A stretch of DNA of 63,987 nt, filler included, from Octopus bimaculoides (GCF_001194135.2; 5 parts of 5 records of this genome joined end to end with filler, not necessarily neighbours in it), one strand, 5' to 3'; positions 12,661 to 26,262 are shown, numbered from the whole stretch's first letter. A program made the numbers and translations. Notes: generated by a model not told the origin, from the sequence alone.

Positions 12661-13379
12661 ATTGGGTCATCCCATAAACAATGCGGTTTTTTAAACTTCT
12701 TTTATTTTTCAAAATTAAGATAAACAAATTTTTTTTTTAATCTTAAATATATTCTCCTTCATTTTCTACAATGCTCTTTCCATCTATCTGGTAGACTTGC
12801 AAGGCCCCTCTTCCAAACTTCACTTGTCCGTGACAAAAAATACTCCCCCAGTACAGTTCTGACCTCGTCTACAGAATTCATTTTTTTCTGTCCAAATGAT
12901 TTTGAAGATAGTGGAATAAATGATAAACAAATGGGGCAATGTCCGGCGAATATGGTGGGTAGAGCATCGTTTCCCATTCAAACTGTTCCAGCTTTTAAAG
13001 TGTCATCCTCGCTGTATGTGGCCGACCATTATTCTGATGGAAGAACACCTTTCGTTTTGAAACCAAAGATGGTCGTTTTCCTTCTAGCGCTGACTTAAGC
13101 CGCTCAGGCTGCTCGCAATAGATCTCCTTTGTTATCGTTTGGTTTGGGTTTAAAAGTTCAAAGTGGACTAAACCTTTCATATATCCTACCAAACAGATAA
13201 CAACACCTTACGTGGGGGAAGGCCTTCTTTAGCCTTGGGTGCCGGTGTTTCTCTTTCCCCTACTCACTATCTTCGGTGTTAGACATTTTTATAGAGAACC
13301 CGTTTCTCGTCACCAGTCACTATTCGGTCCCAAAAAAGCTTCATTCGTGAGACGTGACCGCAAAAAAGAGCACACATTC

Positions 13380-13380
<1 letters not shown>
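12661..13380 (-). mobile_element. Mariner (DD34D) transposon, decayed 3' half with terminal TIR
   Basis: FLDRIVTGDEKRVLY, KVLLSVW*DMKGLVHFELL, FHQNNGRPH and YPPYSPDIAP with frameshifts and stops, ending LPDRW. The TIR-like end abuts TA at ~12660. Confidence 0.85.
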
Positions 13381-13420
<40 letters not shown>

Positions 13421-15037
13421 TATATAATATATATATAGTATAATATATATGCGTGTGTGGTATATCGTGTATAATATATAAGTGATAATTTTATATTTGA
13501 GTATACATCTTGTAGTATGCCGTTTACATCCTGTTCACAGTATTCGTCAATAATACTATTACTTACTCTACGGAAAATATGCAGTCCTGAACAGAACATT
13601 CGAATTTACCCAGCGAGAAAAGTTACCAGAGCCTAGCAACTTATTGTTAGCTGGGAGACCATAAAAGGACTGTTGTGGTTAACCGGGATCTGAAACCGAC
13701 TTAAGACGAAACACGGTGACACCAGGATATATCACTCTAAATTCATTTTTGGATATATATATATATATATATATAATATATATATGGTTTGTGTATCGAT
13801 CTTGTCCTTCCAAAAACGCAATGTCATAGATAAGTTGAAAACACAGCTGTTCAAGTATGTACGAAAGAGCAAGTCTTGTTTTTATTCTCAGATTGTAATC
13901 TGAACAAGAGTAAAAGATTTGAAAGTTGTGTTAGTAAGCGAAAAGTGATTTGAAAATGATGCGATAAAGATCTGAAGACCAATCACTGTCTTCTGACATC
14001 AACCATTGACAAGAAGCAACAAATGTCAGAGAAGAAAGATACATTGATACAAACACAGAGAAACCAGTGTGGTGGAGTTGACCAGTGCCATCTACCTGTG
14101 TTCAACGGGAAGAAAACCTCCAAGAAATAGTGAAACAGAGATTAAACAGCGAGCTGATTATGAAGAAGTAGCCATGATACAGGCTCAAATTAAAAATATA
14201 GAACTGATTTAAGGCCCATTAACCGGACCGGGAAGAGGCGGAAGAAAATAATGTAGATGGACAGAATTTTTATCTCTTTCATACTTTAGTAAGTCATGTA
14301 CAAAGCATACGAGACACAGATATAGATGATGCTCGAGAAAGAGGTCGTTGCAAAACTGAAAAGAAATAGAAATTAAGGAACTTAAGAGAGGTTGTCTGTA
14401 ATTGAGCATTCTGTATATTGAAAGTGACAAACTTTGACAATGAACTTTTGGAGGATTTTGCTCTGAGCTCTGAGGTAGGCCATGAAAACACTTTTTTAAT
14501 GTTAATGTTTTTGATTAAAGTAGCTCATTTCTTTAAAATATATTTTAAAACCGACGGCTTAATGACAACATGAAGTAGGATCTATAAAGCATCACACTGT
14601 CAATGTCATGTAGCTGTGGCTATCTTAAAACTTTCTAACAAATAAAATGTGGTAGACTATCGGTATTTTTTACACAATGTAACAGTATACTTTCAATTTC
14701 ATTTTCCAAAATATTCTACAAAATATATACAAAGTTCAGTTATTGTAAAACTTTTCCACTGAATAAATTTCAGCAGTTGTGCATATATTTTTCAATCACT
14801 CGAGTATCTAACAATAACATCTTCTGTTCTTTAGAGGAGAAATTGTGAAGTGTGAAATTTTACACAGTTGTCATCACCTTCGGTTTTATTTAGTTTTATT
14901 TAAAACACTCTTCCATCTTCTTTCTCTGGTGGAGTGGGGAGTGGGGTTGTGAGGAACCTCACAAGAGGAATCTCTCTTTATCTGTGTGCGTGTGTTTATA
15001 TGTGCATACATAGGTATATGTATAAGTATGTTTGTGC

Positions 15038-15074
<37 letters not shown>

Positions 15075-15210
15075 NNNNNNNNNNGAAATTTAGATTCAAG
15101 GTGAATATGGTACTTAAGTTTAGGCACCAGAATTACGTATGGTGTTATCCAAACAATTCCAAAATAAGGTGATTAAAATCAAAATAAGCAACAAGGATAT
15201 TCAAGGTTAA

Positions 15211-15298
15211 TGCAGTACGATCGTTTCATGCGACTCCATTTATTTGAGCAATGTGAGCATTACATTAAATGTAAAATGCAGAGTAATCTTCAGCTGCA
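15211..15298 (-). ncRNA. Type I hammerhead ribozyme fold with large irregular stem II
   Basis: Minus strand TGCAG-CTGAAGA-(59 nt)-GAAAC-GATC-GTA-CTGCA. Stem I is a perfect 5 bp and stem III is the palindrome ACGATCGT. The base of stem II pairs poorly (ACTC/GAGT offset). Confidence 0.6.
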
Positions 15299-16044
15299 CA
15301 AAAATACAGAAAATTTACTGAAATTTCATTTCAGTAGAAGGACATATTATTGTAACTACATTTAAAACACTCCAAGTGGGAAGGAAGAATACAAAAAACC
15401 ATTTTGACTTAGCCAAACCATTCAGGCTAGTATGTATGGATGTATGTATCAAAACAGAAGGTTGAAAAGGTTTGGTATTATTTATTCCCTGTGACTATGC
15501 TTCGTTTCCTAACAAGAGTTGCAGAAATAATGAAATATATCTGTAATGGGCAATAAATATTGCCAAATTTTTCAATAAATATTGCCAAATCTTTGATATT
15601 TAATTACTCTGCAGAAAGTACTTTTCAGTATTTTCAAATCTCATGTAAAAATAAGACATCTACAAATATACTTTGGAGTAGTGGAATATGCAGATGTCCT
15701 TCATGAGAACACAGATTACAACCTTATCTACATACTGTATATGCATGTGTGTGTGTGTGTGTGTGTTTGTCTATGCGTGTGTGTGTGTGTGTGCGTCTGA
15801 GAGTGTGTGTGTTTGTCTATGCGTGTGTGTGTGAGCGTTATATTTTGATTGGTATCTAAGTTCTTCTTAGGAGAGTTCAACCCAGTCGATAACAAAGCGA
15901 TAGTCTTTTTGAGTTATTTGTAAATATGTGGTTGAGTTGATGTTGGTTGAGCTGTCAATGCATACACCCATATATGTATGTATGTATATATGTATGTATT
16001 ATGTATTTATGTATGTATGTATGTGTATGTATGTATGTATGTAT

Positions 16045-16150
16045 ACGACGGGCTTCTTTCGGTTTCCGTCTACCAAATCCACTCGCAAGGCTTTTGTTGG
16101 CCCGAGTCTATAGTAGAAGACACTTGGTGGCGAAGGTGCCACACAGTAAA
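16045..16150 (-). mobile_element. SINE family A, 5' part
   Basis: Reverse complement of the family A head/CORE segment, followed by (TATG)n. Confidence 0.7.
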
Positions 16151-16329
16151 AAGATTTTTAAAAAGACATACATACATACATGCAGCATGCATGCATGTAT
16201 ACATACATACATACATACATACATACATACATAAGTACATCCATATAGACATACATACATGCAAAAAGGTAGTACTCAGAGATATCTACGTTAAACAAAA
16301 CCATATCCCATAATATTTTTGCAGTGCCA

Positions 16330-17236
16330 TTACTAGAACAACCACTTTGAATATTGCAATATTAGACTTGACACTTGATGAGATTTGTAGCCTGGACATC
16401 GCGTCTAGAGGTACTAACCACCACTTGCAACTTTCACATTAACAGCGACACCGATAGGATCTGTGTGAGACGAAGATATGTTGGCAGAAACATAAGATCG
16501 GTCCAAACAGCCTTCAAACGTTGCATTTTATCACTCAGACGACAGTTGCTGAACAATAAAGTAAGAACCGAGTACATTACATGCGTACTCAAAAGTGAGA
16601 GCAACAACTTCTTCAGAGTATGGGGAAAAACTCCTGAGCGAGTATTTTTAGCGTACAACTGTGTCATGCGACCCAGAAAAGGCTGGAATGACTCACGCAA
16701 ACAGAAGCTTGGAGAAGCACTCATCATACGTGCAGAAAGCAAGCTAGAGAATAACAGCAGCATTGACTGGTAGAAGTACATACCTTTGCTATCTATAGAA
16801 GACAGCTACAAAATACCTAATGAACAAGAGAGATAAAGATGCCACCAAAGATTCACGTTGTGAAAGAAAATGTCGTTTGCCATACTAGTGTGGAAGATGT
16901 CACCCACATCAGTAGCAGCTGCCCCGAAATTTCAACAAAGTATTATTTATTTTGCGAGACACGACATAGTCGAAAATAACTATTTACTCAATACTATCGG
17001 CAGGAAAGATTGCCCAGCTGGATACTGGATCAAATGCATGACAGAACCAGAATGTATTTACCCCTTTAAAAACAAAGAATATTGATGGAATATTCCAATG
17101 ACAGCAGCAACCTGGTGCAAACACAATCGATCAGATATTGGTCTGTGGGACAGAGAACAGAAGTCATACACAGCTGCAAAGGTCAGCTACTCAATGGATG
17201 TGAAAGTTCAAGAGAAAGAAAGCATTTATGGCGAAC
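16330..17236 (+). mobile_element. R4/Dong-like LINE (restriction-like endonuclease clade), left part
   Basis: FHINSDTDRI..RR..GR, CRLCxTSVEDVTHISSSCP (CCHC knuckle), RHD, and NRSDIGLWDREQK..KVS..DVKV.EK..IYGE (PD-D/ExK-like). Many frameshifts. Confidence 0.75.
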
Positions 17237-17683
17237 CCGTCGTCGTCGTATCCGAAAATTTAGTTTCTTTGCTGAACGCTTCCTTTATGTTGATGACGTT
17301 GGTGACTCTGTAAACCAACTCTAGCATAGAAGAGTCGATGGTATTGACTGCATGACAATGTTGGTGGAGGACGAGGTGAATTTTGTTGGGCCTTCCTCTC
17401 CTGTTATTTGATTTCTTCGTTTTCTCTTCTGGTGGCTTCGAAGTTTTTAGTTCCGATGGTGATGGAACACTGCCACTTGGTACGGTCTCAGGATTGTGTT
17501 TCAAACGATTTAGGCTCAAGTGCAATGGCTTTCAATGTTGCTTTGAATTAGTCCTTGTATCTTCGAAGAAAGCATGACAATATGTCTGAACGTGTGTTCC
17601 ACCAAAGCATGCTATCAGAAGAATTTCCAATCACAAACGAACTACAACAAAGATGCATCTTGCAACCTGCGCTATTCTCCTTG
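17237..17683 (-). mobile_element. RTE-type LINE insertion with inverted 5' segment, nested in the Dong-like LINE
   Basis: Minus 17572->17237 reads RRYKD..DRTKWQ..I.IG.KNFE..R.....CSQ..RLFYARVGLQSHQRH with an (ACG)n tail. Plus 17573-17683 reads HDNMSERV..LSEEFPITNELQQRCILQPALFSL (RT domain). Flanked by TATGGCGAAC / TTTGGTGAAC. Confidence 0.7.
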
Positions 17684-17900
17684 TTTGGTGAACTGAAGGG
17701 AAACTTAAAGCTCTAGCACCTTGGCTATGATATTCCATATGTACCTATCACTATGGGTAACCTCAGATTTACACACAAAAAACTTGAAATGCAGGGATTT
17801 TCTAAGAAAACCCAAAAGAAATTGACGTGCATCCTCCAAATCTAATCTATTAGCGGCATTGTGAAAATATGTCATTCTAAAGAATCCCTATCTGAGATTC
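17684..17900 (+). mobile_element. R4/Dong-like LINE, right part (resumes after the RTE insertion)
   Basis: GELKGNLKL*HLGYDIPYVPITMG...GFS...LQI*SISGIVKI continues the endonuclease region that was broken at YGE. Confidence 0.6.
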
Positions 17901-18314
17901 TTTAAGTGAATATAGGCACATACTTGGCTGTGTGCATCTGCAAAGAGACCTGCGCAGAAAGGAATGACGCATGCGCACATATAAGCAAACACATATCCAC
18001 GCGCGCGCGCACAAGCACCTAACTATTAAACCTAAGAACTAAAGAGACATAGTCACACAGTGTACTAGTGCAGGTGTATGCACCTGCATACATGCACACA
18101 CTAAACTCAATTATAATATTTACAAACCCCTGGAACTCTCTTAACCCAAAATATCGTCTTTTGTTAGGGATTGGACTGAATCTAAAGAAGAACTTAAATA
18201 AATCCCCAAAGAAAAACATATAAATTAGATATAGAAATGTATATGTGCGCGTGTACGTTTGTATGTTTGTGTTCATGTGTATATACAGAAAGGGTTAAGT
18301 GCGAGAAGGGAATA

Positions 18315-18374
<60 letters not shown>

Positions 18375-18405
18375 CAGTAGCAGTAGTGATAGCAGCAGCA
18401 GCACC

Positions 18406-18439
<34 letters not shown>

Positions 18440-18450
18440 GTAGCAGCAGC

Positions 18451-18484
<34 letters not shown>

Positions 18485-18964
18485 TCATCCATGATGATGA
18501 TGATGATGATGATGCCAGTGGTAGTGATGATGGGGAGAGGGCGGTTTAGGTGTTGCGGCTAGTAGTGAACTGAGAAAATAACAACATTCACAACTATATA
18601 CATACACACACACACACACACACTTACACACACGCGCACACACACACATACACACACACACACATACACACACACACACACACACACAAATCCATCTATA
18701 CTATACATACACAAACAGTACGGATATAATTCACCATATCTGCTCCTGTAGAATCTAGCTTATTTGATACTTTAAAAACCACGCCTTCCTCGTATGACGT
18801 CTAGGAAGCATCACCCAATGAGCTCTTGGATAACTCCCATCTCTACTAGCTGGTGAAACCGCAGATAAATGTTGTTCGCAGTGATGTAAAGATAAGTGGG
18901 CGGAGTGAATCGTAGGACTACCCATATTGTAAATATTCATTTCTTTTCGTTTGTGTGTATATGA

Positions 18965-19003
<39 letters not shown>

Positions 19004-19401
19004 ATGTGTGTGTTTGTATACACATAAGTAAATATTTGTGATGAGAGTGAATGATTTCGTTGCATTGGGAGGGACTGTATATTACGAATATGCGTGCGTA
19101 TGTGAGAGCGTATTTGTGTGTGGTAGTGTGAGTGTAAGAAAACAGGAGTGAGAAAATGTTTGTGTCTGTGTGTGATTGATTTGTGCGTGCGTGCGTGCGT
19201 GTGCGCGTGTATGTGTGTATGATATCTAATAAACATATCGCTAGAAACAGCCGTCCACATCCGCGGTGGGCTTTGTGATACCTTCTGGTATCATAACATA
19301 CTTTAACCATGGGTCACGGCTTAACTAGCCACGCCGCAGTAATCTGACATTTAGATGCCACAGATTGCATCCTTCTGCTGTCTTCATTATTTGTAAGTGT
19401 T

Positions 19402-19545
19402 AAGGAGGTGAGCAGGCAGAAACGTTAGCGCGCCGGACAAAATGCTCAGCGGCATTTCATCCATCTCTACGCTCTGAGTTCAAAGTCTGCTGAGGTCGAT
19501 TTTGCCGAGTATCCCTTTGAGATCGATGACATGAGTACCAGTTTA
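19402..19545 (+). mobile_element. SINE family B
   Basis: AAGGAGGTGAGCAGGCAGAAACGTTAGC head and B-box-like GAGTTCAAA. Confidence 0.75.
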
Positions 19546-19806
19546 AATATACATGCACTCATACACACTAACGCACATCACTATCAACCTATACAAAAAA
19601 GATAGATACATACATACCTGCATACATGCTACGTTCACACATGCAAAATAGAAAGTACACACACACACACACATTCGTGCATATATCTACATATTATATT
19701 TAATTATATGGTGAGTGTGTGTGTGTGTGTATGTGTGTATGTGTGTGTCTGTGTGTGCGTGTGTGTGTGTGTATGTGTGTGTATGTGTGTGAGTGTGCGT
19801 ACGTGC

Positions 19807-19905
<99 letters not shown>

Positions 19906-20164
19906 CTCTTTCTCTTTTTAATTTTAAAGTAAATTTTGACCGGCCACCAACTTGGTAGCAAGGTTGTTAAGAGAAATATCTTATTTTAACCAACCTCGTT
20001 TCAGTCTTAAGAAGGTGTCTTTGCAGATTTTTATAGTCCAAAATATTGTGATCATTTTTAGATTATGAATTAATGATTTGCGTTCTCTTCCCACGATCCC
20101 ATGTTCAGCCATATAGTTTGCTCCAGACGAGTTGGTACAGTAATAATGATTATGAAACTGAAAG

Positions 20165-20450
20165 TGCATCTTGGGTGCTGGATTTGAAAACTCCTTATCA
20201 ATGGTCCACAGATGTCCTCATGTATGTATGTATGTATGTATGTATGATGGACGTTATTAAGGAAGTTCTCCAGAGGAGTTAACCTGGAGGATGCAGAGAA
20301 GCTAGCATGGAACCACCAGCGATGGAGAGCACTGGTAAACCTGGTCGCCTCTATGCACGATGACGCTTCTGAGACCACTAACCTGGATGACTCCAGCCCC
20401 ATCAAGCAAGAGCATGAGCAACCAAGAAGCAAGCAAGCAAGCAAGCAAGC
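20165..20450 (+). mobile_element. RTE-type LINE 3' end
   Basis: MDVIKE..Q....LEDAEKLAWNHQRWRALVNLVASMH motif followed by a (CAAG)n tail; interrupted by (TATG)n. Confidence 0.55.
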
Positions 20451-20937
20451 ATGTATGTATGTATGTTGATATACTTCTAATCTAATATTTAGTGTTGTAA
20501 CCTTATAGCATGGTTGGATGGTTGATAGGCGACCCAGGTCGGCCACTTGAAATACTTTACTTAGTGAGGAAGGTAAAATACAAGAGCTGTCAAAAAGTGG
20601 GTGAATCCTGCAAAAGAACCAACTAATATTTAGCAACAACGAACTACTCTAGGCAGTCAACTGCCCCACTGTTAGACCACTGGGAAATGATAGACCCCCT
20701 AACTTAGAAATTTCATACGACGTAAAATAATGACATAATGACAATTTTTCTTCCTTTATTTTTCTTTTTTTTTTTCTAAGACCTACTTGAATCGGGGGGG
20801 CAGATTTCTCAGTTAACTAAAACACTTAATGGCAAGTACACCGAAAAAAGAATTTTCGCTTGATAATGCTTAGAATAAAAGTTGAATCAGAGTTCGGAAA
20901 AGTACGTCTAAAGTGCACAAGTATCGATGATAAATTC

Positions 20938-20998
<61 letters not shown>

Positions 20999-20999
<1 letters not shown>

Positions 21000-21200
21000 T
21001 CCAAATTTTGTCAGAAGGCCAGCAATTTCGGGGGAAGGGGTAAGTCAATAACATCGACTCCAATGTGCAACAGGTATTTATTTTATCGATCCCGAAAGGA
21101 TAAAAGTCAAAGTTAACCTCGGTAGTACTTGAACACAGAGCATAAAGACGGACGAAATATCGCTAAGTATTTTGTCCTGGGTGATAATGGTCCTACCATC
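20999..21200 (-). mobile_element. SINE family B with (TTA)n tail
   Basis: Colinear with the family B copies. Confidence 0.75.
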
Positions 21201-21249
21201 TCACCGCCTATAATAATAATAACGATGACGATGATGATGTTGATGATAG

Positions 21250-22217
21250 CTGGCTGGTTGGTTGGCTGGCTGGCTGGTTGGCTAGCTGGTTCGTTGGTTG
21301 GCTGGTTGGTTNNNNNNNNNNNNNNNNNNNNNNNNNNNNNNNNNNNNNNNNNNNNNNNNNNNNNNNNNNNNNNNNNNNNNNNNNNNNNNNNNNNNNNNNN
21401 NNNNNNNNNNNNNNNNNNNNNNNNNNNNNNNNNNNNNNNNNNNNNNNNNNNNNNNNNNNNNNNNNNNNNNNNNNNNNNNNNNNNNNNNNNNNNNNNNNNN
21501 NNNNNNNNNNNNNNNNNNNNNNNNNNNNNNNNNNNNNNNNNNNNNNNNNNNNNNNNNNNNNNNNNNNNNNNNNNNNNNNNNNNNNNNNNNNNNNNNNNNN
21601 NNNNNNNNNNNNNNNNNNNNNNNNNNNNNNNNNNNNNNNNNNNNNNNNNNNNNNNNNNNNNNNNNNNNNNNNNNNNNNNNNNNNNNNNNNNNNNNNNNNN
21701 NNNNNNNNNNNNNNNNNNNNNNNNNNNNNNNNNNNNNNNNNNNNNNNNNNNNNNNNNNNNNNNNNNNNNNNNNNNNNNNNNNNNNNNNNNNNNNNNNNNN
21801 NNNNNNNNNNNNNNNNNNNNNNNNNNNNNNNNNNNNNNNNNNNNNNNNNNNNNNNNNNNNNNNNNNNNNNNNNNNNNNNNNNNNNNNNNNNNNNNNNNNN
21901 NNNNNNNNNNNNNNNNNNNNNNNNNNNNNNNNNNNNNNNNNNNNNNNNNNNNNNNNNNNNNNNNNNNNNNNNNNNNNNNNNNNNNNNNNNNNNNNNNNNN
22001 NNNNNNNNNNNNNNNNNNNNNNNNNNNNNNNNNNNNNNNNNNNNNNNNNNNNNNNNNNNNNNNNNNNNNNNNNNNNNNNNNNNNNNNNNNNNNNNNNNNN
22101 NNNNNNNNNNNNNNNNNNNNNNNNGGCTGGCTGGTTGGTTGGTTGGTTGGTTGGTTGGTTGGCTGGCTGGTTGGTTGGTTGGTTGGTTGGTTGGTTGGTT
22201 GGTTGGTTGGTTGGTTG
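21250..22217. repeat. (GGTT/GGCT)n tetranucleotide array spanning an assembly gap
   Basis: The same repeat is present on both sides of the N run. Confidence 0.85.
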
Positions 22218-22599
22218 ATTGATTTTCCAGTTACGCTTTACATTGTATAAAAAGAGAGAGAAAGAGAATAAAAGAGAGAATTAACATAAGAGGTGCAGGA
22301 TAAGGGCACATGCTTGGCTCGGTGGCAGGGAATGAGTAAGGTCACATTTTAGATACACACACACATACACACATGGTGAGAGAAACAATTGTAGACAGTA
22401 GAGGACGCGGTGGAGGAGAAGAGAGAGAGAGATTAAATGACAGTAACTGTAAGAGTAGTTACACAAATCCGAAATTTGTTTTATTTGATTTTATTTTTAA
22501 TTGAAAATTATTTTTCTTTTGAAAATTAGTATCCATTTCATCATTCTGTACAAGCACTAAGAAATTTGATAAAAGTTAAATTATAATTATTGTATGTAA

Positions 22600-22872
22600 A
22601 ATGGCACTCCGTCGCTTACGACGACGAGGGTTCTGATCAATGGAACGGCTTGTTAGTGAAATTAACGTGCAAGTGGCTGAGAATTCCACAGAGACGCGTA
22701 TCCTTAACGTAGTTCTCAGGGATATTCAGCGTGACTCAGAAGGTGTCGAAGCTGGTCCTTTGATTTACAGGTACAACTCACTTTTGCCAGTCAAGTGAGC
22801 TGCAGCAATATGAAATAAATTGTCTTGCGATCGTGAGCCGAATGCCCTAACCACTAAGCCACGCGCCTTCAC
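22600..22872 (-). mobile_element. tRNA-derived SINE (third head type)
   Basis: Minus head GTGAAGGCGCGTGGCTTAGTGGTTAGGGCATTCGG (A-box-like) and a central segment GTGCAAGTGGCTGAG..CCACAGA..CG.TA.CCTTAACGTAGTTCTC. Confidence 0.65.
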
Positions 22873-22969
22873 AATTATTGTATGTATTCGTGGCCATATT
22901 TCCTAATATTTTCCACAGAGGAAATGTATAATTTCAATGTTACTCTTCGTATGACGGGTAGTAACATAC

Positions 22970-23017
<48 letters not shown>

Positions 23018-23137
23018 GAGGAGGAGGAGGAGGAGGANNNNNNNNNNNNNNNNNNNNNNNNNNNNNNNNNNNNNNNNNNNNTTAATTAATTAANNNNNNN
23101 NNNNNNNNNNNNNNNNNNNNNNNNNNNNNNNNNNNNN

Positions 23138-23188
<51 letters not shown>

Positions 23189-23465
23189 CATTCACACACA
23201 TACATACGTACATGCTTGCATACACGTGTACGTACATGGATACATGCACGCGTATTGCATACATGAATAAACGTACGTATATATACATACAAACTTATAT
23301 CAATGGTTTGTTGATATTTCCTAACTCTAATGAATAAAAACTGCTGACAGAACCGATGAGAATGTTGCATATGTGCTGGTGCTTTGACAAAGGTTACAAT
23401 AACAAAACAGTACCTCACTGACAACTTCCATATCTATGAAACATTGGAGTTTACCGTAAATTATA

Positions 23466-24310
23466 TATATCAGGTTGAGTAAAAAGTAAGCAACGTTTTG
23501 AACCATGAATAATTTGTACCGGATTTTTGCAGAATTTTGATTTTTTTTTTATATTCGGTTTTGGCAATTGTCTGATAATACAGGCATAGACTTGCCCAAA
23601 TACATCAATAAATTAACCTCGATGTTTTTTCACCATTGTTACAATGATCTGATATGGAAGGGTCATAGCTCGATACTCGAGCAATTTTGCTATTCAACTT
23701 CAAAAAGGGACATAAAGCAGTTGAGACTGCTCGCGATATGGTGATATGGTCAGCTCGAAAATAGATTAAACGATTTCACAGTGGAAACCTGAACCTTGAA
23801 GATCGTGAGCGTAGTGGACGCCCATCAGTCATCGATGACTGTCAATTAAATACCATCATTGTGAAAGATCCACGTAAAACAACTCGAGAACTAGCAAAAG
23901 AGCTTCAAATTAGGCAAAAAAAAAAAACTGCCAGCAAACATTTGCATGCGATCAGAAAATCAGAGAATGCACAAATATGAAATTTAATCGTAGCTTTTCC
24001 GTAAACAGACAGATCCATTTTTCGACCGTGATGCATCTTGCGATGAAAAGTGGATTCTGAACAATAATTAAAAAAAAAAAACAAGGTTCGCAGTGAGTGA
24101 ACCACAATGAAGCCCCGCTCTTTAAAATGAAGGATATTGTGACTGGTTGGTGGTGAAATGCCCTATAAATTTTACAAACTAGAAAAGCCATCGCTGCAGA
24201 AACATTTTGCCATGAAATTGCAAAAATGAACGGAAACTGCTACACCTCCGTCCCAGACTGGTCAAAAGAAGAGTTTCAATCATTCTTCATGGCAATACCG
24301 GAACACACAT
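23466..24310 (+). mobile_element. Mariner transposon, decayed 5' two-thirds
   Basis: TA-flanked TIR-like start. KRFHSGNLNLEDRERSGRPS..KDPRKTTRELAKEL (HTH), CDEKWIL (first D) and ILLHGN. Confidence 0.8.
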
Positions 24311-24844
24311 TTCACTATGTCCGATCCACATATACTCCATTAATATTCATCGCACTTTCCGTTGAGATGTTGCCTTTATTGAACTCATAAAGCAAAATAT
24401 AACGAATATGCTCCTTTGTTACTTCCATTATAGCTTTCAAAAATAACTGTTAAAATCGAACTGCACCCTTCAAAACATACACATACATACATATACACAT
24501 ACATATACATACATACACCTACATACATATACATCCCTAGGCACATACGTATACTTACATACACATACATGTGTGTACATCAATGTTTAGTCGTTTGTGT
24601 AAGCCTGGGTGTATGTGTCTGTGCGCGTGCGTATATGCATTTGTGTGTGTATTTGTATACACCAGCCGGTATGAATCGATATTTCGAATTAAATCATTTT
24701 AAAAAAAGAATAAACATAAAAGCTTGTATAACATCATAATTTAAGTAACATTACAGATATAACAGGCTAAAAATCATTGAAAACCTTAAACGGTATGGTC
24801 TTTAAAGAGTGGAGCCAATAAACGCTAAGATTAGTAGCGACCTT

Positions 24845-25045
24845 GTACCATTCCTAGCATGGCGTCCGAAATGTTTAACGGTATTTCTTCTGTTTTTATG
24901 TTCTGGGTTCAAATGTCAACAAGGTCGAATTTGCGTTTCATGTCCTCGACATCGATAAAATCAATACCGGTCAAGTACTTGGATCGATTTAATTGACATA
25001 CTCCGTACCTAAAGTCATAGACCTTTCGCCTTTAGCAGAAATAAT
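24845..25045 (+). mobile_element. SINE family B, strongly decayed
   Basis: GGGTTCAAAT..AAGGTCGAATTTGCGTTTCAT..CGATAAAATCAATACC is colinear with family B. Confidence 0.55.
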
Positions 25046-26226
25046 TGCTAACGCTAGGAGTTCAATATTATTATGTCGGTTAAACTGATTTATACTTTCT
25101 TTACGATACGCTCTAGATGATATTTTACTCACCGTGTACTGAATCACTAATATTTAGGGACGCAATGGGTATTCCATAATACACTTTATTGCTATACTAC
25201 AGTTCAACTACTCAGAGCCGTCTCAGTTACATGCAATTCATAAAAGTTAATAGCATCAAAAAAATTCACAGTAGCGCGTAAAGAAAACTACAGCATCATA
25301 GACGTTCCCAAGACAACAAAATATTTATAAAAATAAACACAAAAGAATTGTAAAACAAAAAATATGCACATAACATTTAACAAGATTTTATTCATAGATT
25401 TCTTTATGTATTTTTGAACAGCTGGTGAAAAGATTGGGTGAAAAATAGATTTACGCTTGAAAATGTCACGTTAGAAGTTTCCATGTTGTGCAAGTTTTGG
25501 GGTAGGCTAACAGGTACATGACAGCAATAAACATAACGTTGGGTTTACTTTTACTCTTTATTTGTTTTTATTGATTTTATTTTATATCGATGTTTATCAT
25601 GTAATACCGTGAATAATCACGACCATCAGCATCATCATCTTTTTTATGTATATATATATATATATNNNNNNNNNNNNNNNNNNNNNNNNNNNNNNNNNNN
25701 NNNNNNNNNNNNNNNNNNNNNNNNNNNNNNNNNNNNNNNNNNNNNNNNNNNNNNNNNNNNNNNNNNNNNNNNNNNNNNNNNNNNNNNNNNNNNNNNNNNN
25801 NNNNNNNNNNNNNNNNNNNNNNNNNNNNNNNNNNNNNNNNNNNNNNNNNNNNNNNNNNNNNNNNNNNNNNNNNNNNNNNNNNNNNNNNNNNNNNNNNNNN
25901 NNNNNNNNNNNNNNNNNNNNNNNNNNNNNNNNNNNNNNNNNNNNNNNNNNNNNNNNNNNNNNNNNNNNNNNNNNNNNNNNNNNNNNNNNNNNNNNNNNNN
26001 NNNNNNNNNNNNNNNNNNNNNNNNNNNNNNNNNNNNNNNNNNNNNNNNNNNNNNNNNNNNNNNNNNNNNNNNNNNNNNNNNNNNNNNNNNNNNNNNNNNN
26101 NNNNNNNNNNNNNNNNNNNNNNNNNNNNNNNNNNNNNNNNNNNNNNNNNNNNNNNNNNNNNNNNNNNNNNNNNNNNNNNNNNNNNNNNNNNNNNNNNNNN
26201 NNNNNNNNNNNNNNNNNNNNNNNNNN

Positions 26227-26262
<36 letters not shown>

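Noticed and set aside
23082-23093. TTAATTAATTAA island inside N runs (also 37586-37597, 50999-51010, 61803-61814)
   Set aside because: An identical 12-mer with stops in all six frames, flanked by fixed 44-N blocks (100 nt in total). This is a scaffolding placeholder, not biology.
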